A stretch of DNA of 64,000 nucleotides, taken from the NCBI RefSeq assembly GCF_964355755.1, contig NC_092673.1:7378001-7442000 (forward strand). Reading direction: 5' to 3'. This document shows, one piece after another, positions 21,340-39,400 of the stretch. The notes beneath the pieces are model-generated. The model worked only from the letters and a program-made list of their open reading frames with translations, was not told where the DNA came from and searched no databases. How positions within the stretch are numbered: the first letter of the stretch is position 1; each line of letters starts with the position of its first letter. This stretch comes from Antedon mediterranea. Its lineage: Eukaryota; Animalia; Echinodermata. The position numbers and the translations under genes are program-made.

Positions 21340-21582
21340 ATTTTTATGGGTCAAAGGATAAAATCCTATTTATTCTAGTGATTCTATTGGATCAACGTGT
21401 TTATCATATGCACGTGTAGAGAAGGGAGAAAGAGCGACATCCGGCTTTCGTCGTCGTGCGCGTGAGCGGAGACCGGGAGATGTGTCATCTGTGGAGGAGA
21501 GAGTGAATTGAAGGACCGTCTTCCTTACATGACCATTTAAGCTAATATTTCATAAATTGATCTGTGAATTTGACCAACATCA
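21340..21582 (+). promoter_or_regulatory. ZMYND19 promoter/5' UTR region
   Basis: CpG-rich patch immediately upstream of the ATG, with inverted CCAAT (ATTGG, about 21386) and E-box CACGTG (21411). Confidence 0.4.
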
Positions 21583-25580
<3,998 letters not shown>

Positions 25581-28439
25581 TTGCATTTTGTGCTTTTTTC
25601 TATTGTAAATAAAATAAAGTTTATGTTATTTTCTTGTGAATGTGTAAAAGTAAAATTAACTTGAGTTGAGAATAACAATATTCAACAAAATGAACCATGT
25701 GTAAATTAAATTATATTTTTTTTGTTGAGAAATGACTATTCATACCCACCTATTTACTTATTTATTGAAATTTTCTTTTTTTATAATTGAACAACATCAA
25801 TGTAATTGATTGTTGTTTATTATGGCTTTCTAGAATCAATGAGAAGTTTAAAAAACTTGCCACGACCAAAAAACTTGTAAATAATTAAATCGTAACATAA
25901 ATATATTGCTGCAGCTAGTTAGTCCTATTTATTACAAAACTTAAAATCAAAATTTAAGGTTCGAAGTTATGAATTAAGGCCCTGCACTATATTGGTAATT
26001 CAGTTTATGTAGGTACAGTACCTGTAAATGGTATGTGCAAAGAGTATATATAATTTACTAGAGAGTAAACTAGGCGATAGCAAAGTGATGGCAACAGACT
26101 GGGAATCTTTAAAATGGCCATCATGATTCATATATCTGGTATGATATAAATATTTAATATACAGATATTTATATAATAATATAATAAACAGTTTCTATCA
26201 TTGTAGCAATAACATAATTTATTGGTAAATGTCTGTGTTGACTCTCTAGTTATTTATATAACCTCTTTGTTGCCACTGGCCTATTTTATTGGTTAGTTGT
26301 ATCATGTGCCATCTTGCCTTGAATATTATCTCATTCAATAAGTCACATAAGGTTAAAACTTATAAAAAAAATATAAAGATATTTTGATGTAGGGCCCATT
26401 CAGGCACCGATTGATCATTGACAAATTTGTGTTACTTTCATTCTAAAAAAAATGAAGTAAAAGTGCCTCATTCCAAAAAATGACTTTCACACAGTATAAC
26501 TGACCTAATATAGGTTTTGTACAGTGAGCTTTTAATAAGTTTTCAAACTTCATGAAAAAAATCTTGATGCTGTATAAAACATGGTACTATTCTCTGATAA
26601 TATACTTGAAAGTAGTATTCAAGTTTATTTCACATGTAAGATTAGTGGGGTTACAGGTATTATCGATGTTGAGCTGTAGCTGGACATTGGTGCCTCCAAA
26701 TTCATTCTGTGTAGTTGTTTATACTGCATATTATTTTAATGATCCTTCCATCCATCAATCTTTCAATTCCAAGGTGCTGTATTTATTAGACCGCCTATTA
26801 TTGCTCTACATGATATGATATCTGATGGTCTCCATTAAAAAACATTTTTTTTTTATTTTCTGTTTTTAGTATATAATTGAACACTGTAATCATTCTTTAC
26901 CAGGCTTATGTTCATGTAGTATTGATATGCCTGATTGTAAAACTTTCTAAACGTCCTAATATGTTGTAATCCACCAATCAGAGGCTCGTATGTTGCGATT
27001 CTCACTCTTTAGAATGACTACGGTATAGTTATTCTATGGGTCCAATTTGTTTGTGCATTTCTCTACAGTTAAGAAGCAGAAATGCAGTACGTGTTTAGAT
27101 TTGTACTATTTTGTACTTTTTTATTTCATGTTTCTTACTGATAACTTAACATTTTCATTGGACAATTTAATGTGTACAGTAATAAGTTGACCATTCCGTC
27201 TATTAGAGGGTTTAAGTGGGGTAGCTTAGTACTACTGTTTTGGTAACTAGAACGTCTACCACTTATCCATACCTTTGCTGCTTTGCTCTTCTCTAGCCCC
27301 GTTGACACACGAATGTTGATCCCACATTGCTCCTTAATGCGGAGCAGTGTGGACCGAAATTTGTCACAAGGGGCATATCCAATACATTGTTTTTCATTTA
27401 AACAATAATCGAAATATTTTGATTGTGTGCGATTCTGTACACAGATTTGAACAAGGCAAAATAATTTACACTCTTCCTCAAGTTTACATAGTGATGTATA
27501 CTTATGAATGGACAGGGTTATATCCAAAACAATATTTGAAAATGTTTGTTAGTTTAAGTATCAACACAGCTTCTGGAATATAGAGAAGCAATTTTGTACC
27601 GTTTGCATGCATACTGCTTTTGTTTATGTTAAAAATGAATTGTTTAAGTGCATTCACTGTATTTTCTGAATTAACATTTTGGGGTGGTTGCAAGTGGGGA
27701 GGGATGGGGAGCGCGTTTGTGTGGTTAGTTTACATTAGTTAATGTAAAGTTTATAAAAAGTAAAACTGAGCACTACTATGAACCTAGCTTTTAAGTGGTA
27801 ATGAAGGAAGTTAATATAGGTTCAGTATTTTTCAGTTGTAAGATTATTACAAACCTGGTTCATTTCGGGAAAGCAGGGGTAATTTAAGGTGATGGCTTTT
27901 ACCGTCTATCATCCCGAATGAAAGAGCGCTATTTGTTAGGAAACCAGACAAAAGGTACTTAGTTACTACGTTGTGTCTACTGTGTACGCCAAAAAAGAAT
28001 TAAAAAATAAAGTATTAATAACAATGTGGTTACAAATACTGTACTACAGTATAAAGTGTTTTTGTTGAGTATTATAGTTTTGCATGTAAACATATTCGCA
28101 TGGAAATCAACATTGTAGGCTTTTCAGTGAGGTAACAACCAAAATTGCAGTTAGTAGAAAACCCAAACTAGCCAGTGTTCGAACTACAGTAATGCTGCGT
28201 CTCGGCCTTTCAAAGACGCATGCAGAATGTAACTGTACATGTAACAAATAGATGTCTTTAGTCATTTTAAAGCAAAGGCGTATTGTGACCAGTCGTATCG
28301 CATGCAGCTTACAAATCTAGATACTGAAGATGTGCAATATTACTGGAACTTAATTTGGCAAGAACTGTACAGACAACTTTTGATGAAAATGAAGTTTTAT
28401 TGGCTGGTCAGATAAAAAGCCGGAAGAAAGTGAGAAATA

Positions 28440-29880
28440 TATTACAGAACGAAATACAGTACAGTAAAGCAGTACATTTGAGTTTGGAAGATCCAAGATG
28501 TTGGAGCCATCGATTCAATTAAGTTGGCAACCTCGTTTTTAGTAACATCAACAACGATTTCGAGCGTAGTTGCATTTTCGTAATCGGAATCTGCAGAATA
28601 GGGACGTAATGATTGAAGAAATATACTGGAAGGTACCAATCCTCCTTCAAAACACGTCGGTTGAATAGAGCTATCTGAACATTTCTACATGTTGCTTTTG
28701 GTGGACAGGATGTAGATTGATGAACTATGCGTTTCGGTGAACCAAGCAGGATAAACAATAGAAACTTAAAGGATCCAATTCATTTCTTAGTGAGTTGAGT
28801 GTATATGGAAGCCAGCAGCCAACAAGAGACGTTGTGGAAGACGGTACCGATCATCCTTCCAAATACATACTTGGTTGGTGAGTTTGAATTGTTTGGTTGG
28901 TGAGTTTGAATTGTTTGGTGGGTGAGTTTGAATTGTTTGATTGTGAACTTGACGTAGGAAGCAGGAGGTTGATGTTGATGATGGTTGAGTCGCTTTCGTT
29001 TTTACGATGATTAGAGACAATCTTTAAGCAGAGGATTGAGTGACCAAGATGGTGCTCAGCCCGCTAACCACCATCTTGGTCGCTCAATCCTCTCTGCTTA
29101 AAGATTGGTGGTTAGCGAGCTGAGCACCATGCATAAGCATAGTGATATGAACATTGCATGTTCCTGGACTATGAATAATTCTATTCCAATGTTTCGCACC
29201 GTTTCGCATCCATGTATATGTATACTTGTTTGCTTGCATGAAAATGGTCATCTCTCCTGCTCCATGTCTTCGAAGTGTTCTTTCCCATTGATCGTTATCC
29301 AACCCACTTTTAGGTTGAAGTCATTTGATGCAAAGTTCATCATAATAATTGCCCTTTATATGAGATCGTCATGGTTGGGTGTATACACTGATATTAAGTG
29401 TGGCATAGATTATGGCTTGCTGAGAAATCCGAAGCTTCATGAGGCTCTCGTCGATTCTAGTGGAGAGATCTGATAGTAAGAAGGAGACGAATTGCGCATC
29501 CTACTCTGTGAATTATATTATTTTTAGATTTAATATTCCAGAAAAAGTTTTACTATATCCACTGTAGAGCTCCGGTTGTCTCTGGCCTTGAGGGTACGAA
29601 TATTAATGCTTCAAGAAGAAGCTTCATTTGCCTTCGAACACCAATAGGACGATCTTTCAATCGCAGTAACCTGGTCAGAAATAAAGGGCAGGCATTGTCT
29701 GGGCCACCTTTTCTAGGGCGTTTGATATACAGAATGAGTGATGCTGCCCGTACACCGGAGCAATCTTTACATGATGGCGTTTACATACGCCTCAGATTCG
29801 GTGGGCCATGTGCCAAATACGTGTGCCATCAGTTTCACCGATCACGAAACTAGATATTTATAACGGCCACCAACGGGAAT
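28440..29880 (-). mobile_element. Degenerate RTE-clade LINE (5' part, endonuclease domain)
   Basis: Frameshifted minus-strand peptides LISVYTPN, DFNLKVG, RHGAGEM and KYTYTWMRNGAKHW match RTE/BovB endonuclease motifs (ISVYAP, GDFNAKVG, TWMHPRSKHW). Includes a 21-bp x3 tandem at about 28871-28945. Boundaries approximate. Confidence 0.6.
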
Positions 29881-30338
29881 GTTGTGAAATAAGACTTAGA
29901 AAAAAGAGGCTATAAATTCTCCGAAGGTAATAATATCAGCCAATTTGCAGTTAGAGAGGAGGATAGTAGGATTTTGTTGGGGTGGGGTGAAATTATTGCA
30001 AAGGAACGAATGAAGAAAGAGACAACTGCTAGGAACCCATCTTTAAACTTTACCCCAAACTAAAGATCGTATGAAATGCATGATACTTCTGTCATCACAG
30101 TATCGTAGGAAGACGTCATGTTGTCTTCAGATCTTCAGTTTGTACAATATATAGCTTAAAAAATGTATACCTCGATTTCTTCATCGGATTTGCCTCGTCT
30201 ACTTCTGTTTATTATTCTAAAACCTACAGACATAGGAAAAAGCATCACGTAGAGATTCGCAAACGTATCTGAAGTATATAGTCTAAAAGTCGCGAATGCC
30301 CTGCTTATAAATGCAGAATATTTACAGTACCAACATTT

Positions 30339-30443
30339 TTAGTCGCGTGCAAACGCGACTTTATCTCACAGTGTCGGTCGGTCGGACGGTAACCACTAAC
30401 TCAAATTTGCGCACGCGACTGCAGCCATGTATATGGCCTTGTT
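30339..30443 (+). mobile_element. Short DINE-1/Helentron-associated (HINE-like) element
   Basis: TTAGTCGCGTG..(GTCG)n..CACGCGACT, then 3' hairpin GCCATGTATATGGC and TTGTT. Opposite-strand copy at about 41702-41802. Confidence 0.65.
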
Positions 30444-33400
30444 CTAGGTCTAAAGGGCAATCGTTTACAAATGTGTGTTCAATAATAGGCCTATACAGGC
30501 ATACTGTATGCCTAAAAAGATGTAGTACATCAATTGATTTATTGTATATTTAATCTGGTTTTCAATACATGCACCCTATCTAGACCCAGTCTGCAATTCT
30601 TCATTACATTCTTTTATTTACAGTGTGTGTAAGTAAGTGTCGTCAGAAGAATTCTTCGAGACATTACACATGAAATAGTAAGTTTATTTTTTGAATGCTT
30701 CATACCAGTACTCTCTGTGCTTTGCTGTTTAGTGCGCCCTCATTCATAGGTATTAGCGATGCAGAAATCATGTTATTTTCAATAATTACGGTCCACTCCT
30801 CCTTCAATTTAATATTCATAATGCGTGACGTAAGAATTGGCCTAACGACAATTGGATGATGAAAACGCTTTCCGCGTCAAGTCTTTGTGTAACTGATAAA
30901 TTAAATTAATGTGTACTTTCATGTCGAATAGTAGGTGAGGATAAGATTTGAATAAGGATACATTGTAAATATTGAAGCTATAGACTGACGAGAATTTAAA
31001 TCGTATAAAGTTTGATAAAAACTGATTCTACAACGTGAGTAATACAATTTGTGTTAAACCTACTTAGATTATTATTTAGCTAATATGTATTACGTAATGT
31101 AGGCCTATCGTAATGTTAACAGGAACAGATTCCATTTTGGCGTTTGATGTCACTGGATTCGCGCGCATAGGTTCGCCTAGTGAAAAACAGTCTTTATGAG
31201 GCAAATGAGTTTGGATTATTATTTCATTCGAAATGACTTGTTCTTGTCAGCAAGTATATTGTCCACAACCTCATCTTTATTGTCAAAGCAGTCTTTGTTT
31301 ACTTTTGTCTTTGGTCCCAATACACATTTGGCAGTAGATATCGTCCTGTTCTCAATAAATGCAAAATGAAATCAGACTTCATTAAGAAACTTCAAGTATG
31401 CTTGGCTAAATGTTAACACAGAGAAAAACGAAGTTATTGAAAATATTATGAAAAGTACACATTAATTCCTTACGTTACTGTTATAATGTCTCAGTGTCAA
31501 TAGAGCAAAATGTAAAACTAGAAAGAAAATAAAAATTCATTATTATGTATAATTCAAACGTTCAGACGATAACGGTATACGTTTTTAACAGTATTTTTAT
31601 ATATTTTTTTAATCGTTTTGTCAATTTTATAGCTCTTTTGCAATTTGCTGCAAATCTTGCATTGCATTTGTTATAGAGAAAGAAAAGAAAATTGATTACC
31701 ATTTTTAAAGAGCCTTTAATGGTTTTTACATTAAGTATATTTTAAAAACACGACATCTGTAAAAATAATTATAAAATTTGAGTTTTTAAATTCAGCCTAG
31801 CTCTCAAGCCCATTTCAATCACGTATCAGCATAATTTTGTAATGTATGTAAATATACTTTTCAAGCGTCTAAAGCATTATCAAATGAAATCATTGTTTTG
31901 CTGCTGAATTATTTATGTAAAACATGGCAAATTGATCTTTTCAAGCAGTGACATATGTAACTAATCTTTATACGAACATAACAAATTATCTAAAATATAG
32001 TTATTGTGAGATAAAAAAAAAGAGAATAAGAAGAAAAGATAATATTGGAAAAGACAGAATTTTAGTGACCAATGACATTTGAGATTGGCTAAAAGAAATG
32101 GAACCAGGAAAATCGATACACAACATAGGTACGGGCATGGAAAAAATAGAGAATACTCAAGAAACACATGGAGAAGATGGGATGAAGAATGCCGATTATT
32201 ACAACTTACAATGCTTCGCCCACAACCATAATACTCATAATTGACTGAAAACTGACTCGGAGTGTGGCAAGAAGTGGTTGTGGCCTGAGTACCACTTCAC
32301 TCGTCAGTTTACAGGCAAAGGTTAAAAACTTTGTTTGCTTTCAAGAGGTCAAAGTTTATATCCTGTAGTGTGTTTCACTTTCAGATCTAGTTTACATCAT
32401 TCATATCATACAATAGGGAAGTTGTAAAAAACACATTATTTTCTTACTATTAAAAATAATAATATAATAAATAAATATAATATTATTTATGCTTAGGCCT
32501 ATTAAATAAATTGCATAAAAAGAACACTACAGAACGCCTACGGAAGTGAGTTATTTCTTTATTTTAAATTTAGAATATTTTGACCTTCATTTTTTGTGTT
32601 TCAAGGGACAATACATCTTTAAGCTTTAGCCTAAAGTAAAGAAAGTAAATTTTATTTATCAATCTTTTCAAAGAAAACTAAGAACACTTTTTGTTAAAAC
32701 TCGAACTAGATAATTCACAGAAATGATTAACAATGGATAGACCTTTCGATACTTTTGTATTTCCTGCAAATAAGACTGTAGTTACACGCACTTCTTCTTC
32801 TATAAGACGAGGTAACATTATTCCTTGATAACGTTGATAATTTTTTCAGATTGTTTGCCATTATTTCTACAACAGGTCAATTTCAAATGTCCTTATATCC
32901 TTTATATATAAAAACTGTGCAGTAAAATTAGACACATCTAAATATTCACATTAATCATAAAAAAAAATGCTTGTAAGGCCAGCCCCAACGTATATGTCAC
33001 ATTTTCGATTCAAAATACCTCATTGCTGGCACATTGTTGTTATAATTATATTTTGTTTTAAAGAACTGTCCAAAATTAAACTCGTTTAACACGTTGAAAA
33101 ACTCTTTATCGTTTGAGTAAAATGTTTATCTAAAATCAAGTAAAAACATTCCCCTTCAATATCTTCTTTAACCATATAATATAGGAGATTATCAATTATC
33201 CTAATGTTTTCTTCATCAAAACCGATACAGAAATTATTTATTGACAGTGCATAATAATAAAATATACAGGGGAAGATAATGCTGATTTATGTTTAAAGTG
33301 ATGGTATCTTTTTTAAATAGTTAAATATCTTTAAAAAACTTTTTTTTTCTAGAAATAATAATAATATTTCTGGCATAGTCAGATATTGAATGCACTTATC

Positions 33401-33448
33401 ATCGTTGTTCACCCTACTTAAAAGCTAGATGATAAACGTCGGATCAGG

Positions 33449-36400
33449 ATGCAGCTGAACAAAGTATTTGGATATATCATTTTCGGTATCGCCGGCTTTG
33501 TCCTAGGTTCTACGTTTACACGGATATATAATGCTGATGAAAGGAAGAATTTTGACTGCGAACAGTTGCTGAAGTAAGATTATATTTTTTTATGTATACA
33601 TACTATTACTGCAATTGAATAGCCATATGTCGGTGTAGCTACAATATGTAGTTATGTACATTGTGATAATACAAAGATTTTATCATGTAATCAAATACTG
33701 TACACAAAGACATAATTATACGTAATTATACTGGTACTGATAATTTATCTATTGTCCATTATTAGGCCCTATGAATAAATTCATTTTGAAACTGGCGAAT
33801 AAATAAATCAATAATTTAATTCAATTCCTTATTAATAGTATAATACGTCACAACAAATTTGATAAAATTAACATCAAGAAGATAAGCAACTAAAAAAAAA
33901 ATCCAGAACCAGAATTTTCAAAAACAATTAATTAGGCCTATATCTCCTAAAAAAAAGCGGATTTAACATAATTAATAACATGCAAAATAATATCAAAATC
34001 ATGCGGGCCAATAAGAAAAATGAATTTGTCATTGTCATTTAAATATAGTCCATCTCTAACATTGCCATACAAATCATAACGTAGGCTTAAATTTGAATAA
34101 AATGAGCATTTGATTAACAAATGAAATTCTTTTTTATTCTAAAAGGTATAACATAGTCTATCAAAGCGCAAAGTACGAGTATGGCGCCCCTTTTCAATTA
34201 GTCTGGGTTCCAGACGGAGTTTTGTCTTAAAATTAGTTAAAATATAAATATTTTGGCACATATGGCGCTTCATACGTATACTACTTGATTATGGAAACAC
34301 GCACAAGTCACGTGGTTTGACACCAAGAATTCTTGGTGCATACGATTATCCGGTTGACTAGTTTCAGCTGCATGCGATTGGCTACTCTCTCGTACACTGT
34401 TTAAATATTCATATTTCAAAATTTCAAAGACTCAACAACTAAGATGATGCGCATGCGCTATGTTACGTTTAGACAATGTGTACTTGGGTACGTTTATGAA
34501 AGTTCTGAAGGCTAGAAATTATTTTATATGCCTAGTAGTCTGGTAAACATTTGATGGGATCTTTGAAACATGAAAACTCGTCTTGATATATGATAGGCTA
34601 GCTTCTCCGCAAATCAAACATTGAATGGATCATTTATTACGCGGAGATAATTTTGATTTAATTCCCACCCAGACCCTGTCCTGTTCTGTGTGGTGGTGTA
34701 GCCCTGTTGTGTGCCGGTGGTATGTAGGCCTACTTCATTGGCGTTTTATTTGGCAGGTCATACGTGCGAGTTGAGTAGGACCTACGAAAGAGGCCTAGGC
34801 CAAGGACTAAACAATTAATAAACAAAACAACTTGGCATTACTATTTTATATTTCAACAGTCTCGATCGTACATTAAGCACTGGTAGGCCTACGTACTCGA
34901 TCTCTTTCATTTTGAAACAAAATGATCATTGGTTGATTCGAAATCCATATTTACATACCGCCCGCCCCATATAGCCAAATACGGTATGATAACCTACGTC
35001 ATTCTTATCGTATGTTTGCGGTCTGCAAATCGATTTCTATACGTGTTTCACAAGTCTGTATTTTCAGACAAAAATCGCGGTCGAAATAAAAACAAATAAA
35101 TTTAAAAAAAAGATAATACAGACTTGGGGCAAGTCTACTTTTCAATCAAAATTTTAGCGCATCTCGACATTGAGTAGGCCTAGTCGTCAATAATTTTCAT
35201 TGACAACATTGTTTTTAAATAGGTAATAGGTGCGCATCTTTGACTGATTGTTGTTGATATCATTAAGCCAACAAACGCCAGATTGTTCATGTAACTGGTC
35301 ATTGACTGTTCTTTGTAACTGACACTAAGTGTATTGGGTTAATCTAGATGGCAAAAATTAGGTAGAGAATTTAAACCACTGGAACAAGTAAATGAGACCT
35401 ACCATCACAAAAGCGGGGCAGAGTCGCAACACTTTTGAGATACTTAGCCTTGAAGTTCAGAATGTGAAAAACGGCCTAACCTATCCATTTTAAAATTTCA
35501 ATAAAAAACGATACTATAAACACTTATCTTTAACATATCAAACTCTTGTTCATAAAAAGAGTTTTATTGCAAATTTCTGTTATCAACATCGAATTGATTA
35601 CCAAAGATTTAAGTGCCTTTCATACAACTATCATTGAGATTATGCCAATATTTAGCAGATAGCAAGGACGGCATTGTTCGTTGTCCTCTTTTTGACACCC
35701 GTAGCTTGACCCAATGCTATGGATGTTTTGGCATTCTTTAAGTTCCTTAATAAATACCGAGACCACACCTCGCTTGCATAGGACAAGATTGGTAGAATCA
35801 GGGAGTCAATAATTTGATGGCAATATCCCTGATTTCTCTATGAATTTTAAAGTATGCTTTAGAAGTTTCTGTCGTAATGTTTTTATATCCGTTACAAATG
35901 AACCAGATAGAATAAAGCTAATACATAGGTAGCTGAATTAACGATTTCAATAACATGATTATTGTACTTAAATGATTTATTTAACAATCTACCAGTAGAG
36001 TTAATTATCTTAACTTTGTATTTGTCTATATTAATAGTCAATTTCCAATTATTACAATAAGTGCCTAATTTATCGAGAATCTTGAAGTTTAATAAAGAGA
36101 GTATTGCGTCAAACAGTATCAAACGCTGACCGAGAAGTCCACATAGACATATAGGCCTAGATAAGCTTTTTTATTTGATGTGTTTATCATTTATAATTTT
36201 TCTAGATTTCAAAGTCAAAATCTGGTCACTTTCGAAAACCAATTTGATTTTCGAGTATAATAAGATTATTTTGAATAGCCTATTAGTAAGAATTGAACAG
36301 AATGAGTTTGCATAAATAATATAACAAGAGAAAACCTTAATTGCATAATCTTCTACTTATATTAAAATATTACTAGCAGAAAATAATAATGCTTTGAAAC

Positions 36401-39400
36401 AAATAACCGAATATTTTAGAGTTAATTATTAACGCTAAACTTAATTTAATGTCACGAAACTAAACATAATTTTTCTACTGTACTCACTTTCTATTGGTAA
36501 ACATTATTAACATACTAGATTTTCTTATTGAAATAATTTAATTAAAAAAATTAACAATAATTCGGGCTTATTAGCGCATTATGCAAAAGAAGTAACTGTA
36601 AAATAAAAGAAACAGTGTCAGAAATAATGTGAGTTTCAAAGCAGCCTTAACAAATTAATAAACAGTTGAAGCTGCCTGACTATAAAACAACTATAAAAAC
36701 TCTGAAAAAATAATGAACTTACTTTCAGAAGGAAAATTATGAAACGTAACTGGTAATAAATCCTGACGTGTCACTCATTATAGAACGGACAAATTAACAG
36801 AAAGTGCAGTGATTTTATTTACTATCTCATTCCTATAACAACATTTACATATTCTTTTTTCTCCTAAAACCTCATACCATCTATCCCTTTCAATATCAAG
36901 ACGAAAAAATAAATCGCGTCCGGTTTTGGATATGATGTTCATTTGGAATTTCATTTCACATTTATTCAATTACTGAAAACTTAAACAATATAAACAAAAT
37001 AAAGATTTCATTAATTATGATCAGACTAAGAGGCCAAGGCCTGTCTCAGAAAGACCCAACAAAACATATAGCAAAATAAACATTGATACAAAAGGTAAAA
37101 GTGGCATAATAATACATTTATGAATGATAATTTTCCAAATAATTAAACTTATTTTGATGTCTGAATATTTTTGCATTTTCACATTTTTTTTATTCTCTTT
37201 TAAGTTATTCCATAATTTAGGTCCATGAATTGTAATAAAAAATTGGCTTTTACTAAGTCTTACAAAAGGAACATAAAGTAAATTTGAGTTCTTAAGATAA
37301 TAACTATGGACAGTCTTTGGTTTTTTAAATAATGAAATTATGGAAAATGGAAGTTGACCTTTAACATATTGGAACATAAAAGTAAGTATTTGTTGTCTAT
37401 GTAAATCTACTACTTTTAAGATATTTAGTTTTTTAAACAATGGTTCAGAAGTTGAGGCAAATGGTGCTAGGTTGATTATTCGAACAACACGTTTTTGGAG
37501 TTTTTAGTAATCTATCCATGTTTGAAGGATAATCACTGCATCAAATAAGGTTGCAGTATTGTAAATAAGGAAGAATAAGAGAACTGTATAATGTAATTAT
37601 AATATATTGCACCATATCAACCAGAAAAAATGTTGTAATTTGTTCTAGGTTCACTCTATTTTTACCTTTACCATGGACTAGTTGGAATATCTGGCGGCAG
37701 AATGTGATTGTTCACTTGTTAGGTCTTACTTTATACTAACATTGTTTTTCTGTTAATATTTAAGGGACATTAGCAAAATGGTCCGAAAGCCTGCCATGCA
37801 ATACTCAAATCAAATAACATCCAATGATGAACATATTAAACAAGGCTCGGGGAAAAAGATACTTCTGGACTGCGGAGCCAATATGGCGTCCACCGTGGAA
37901 TTATTTCGAGAAACCTATCCACAAGGAAAAGATTTCACAATTCATTCGTTTGAAATTGATGACCGGCTTGCACCTTATTTTAGTCCGTACAGTAATCATT
38001 ATCTGCATTGTCCATTGGGAGTTGCAGATACTGATGGTGAGTAGACCTAATAACTTTACAGTAGAACACCTCCTTTCGGACACCCCTCTATTCACAGCAA
38101 AAGATGTTGTTAACACTATGGCCAAACTCTACTCAGGGTACACTCTTATTAAGAGGATAGGGACACGTTTGAGTGTGCCAGGTGTGTTTTATTCAACCAT
38201 TACTAAGAGGACAATCAATTAAAAAAAACACAAATTATTAAATTTAATTTATTTAATAATACTTTCTCTGGCATAACAGTTTTCGTTGGCTGCTAAAGTT
38301 TTATTTCTACTAATTTTCTTGAGTCCAGATAAATTGATGTTTGTTGTGGTATATATAAATGTTTTCCCCGCAAAAAAACCTATCAAAGGGAAAGTTAAGT
38401 TTTTAAGTTTTGGTAGCAACCCTTATGTTCATTGGGTATGATATGAACCCATGACCCCTGGGATCGTTAGAGTACGTAAGCGAACATTTAAACCACCAAC
38501 TGCACTCCACATATATTTAGCCGTTTTATAGAAAGGCTATTTGAACATCAGAAAAATGCATCCGTAGTCAACGATTCACTTCACACTCGATTAAACTACT
38601 ATAATGAAGGTGGTTGCGCTTACACGAGCAATTCACCTATAATAGGGCTATTATAGATCGTTCTTTTAGTCGAAGGATCGTCACTTACAGCCTAGGTCAA
38701 ATATGATTAATCAATTATTTATTTTATTCTGTTTGACGATAGGCCTATTGTTTTAATAGCCACCACCTTTACTGTTATAGAACACCCGACTAATCTCTTG
38801 ATGCTCTATCGATTGCTTGCATTCAGCCTGCTTTTTTTTTGTGCTACTTTCCATTTCCAATGTTACAAACCTCGATTTTTTACACAATGACATCCTGCCA
38901 TTTATTTTTACTTTCTCCTTTCATTTACTTTTTATGTTTTTATTTATAGCCGTTCAAAAGCCTTGTGTTTCACCGGTGACATTTTCTCCTATAATTGTTT
39001 ATACTATTTCATTTTAATCTCAACATTTTGATGAACTTAATTTTGTTGTGTGTATAATAAGGTATATAAACACATCAGGTAAAGAACATTAATTCTAAAC
39101 CGCCCGGTGATATACTGAAATTTAATTAATTAATTTGAAACGATAAAGATGAGGAAATCTGTGAGAACCAAGACTCGAACTCGGACCGTCTGCTTGATGC
39201 AGCTGTCCTAACCATTATGCCACTGGAGCTTTCATGGTATTGTTCGAACTCGATTGGATAGCAACTCTTCTCGGCGTGGTACGGCGGAACAGCACTAGTA
39301 CTTTAATTGTACGCACGCGCACCCAGCACCAGAGATCAAATTGAAGAAATGAATGTTGTCTTTATTCCATCCGATTTTACTGATGGATGATGTTTGCAAT

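Noticed and set aside
27135-27527. 130-aa Cys-containing minus-strand ORF
   Set aside because: Non-ATG start, no domain pattern or splice partners; the region looks like ZMYND19 3' UTR or downstream sequence.
39163-39230. Possible tRNA gene
   Set aside because: A/B boxes are present but the acceptor and anticodon stems do not pair; treated as a SINE head. The same applies to about 38440-38510 and about 25270-25340.
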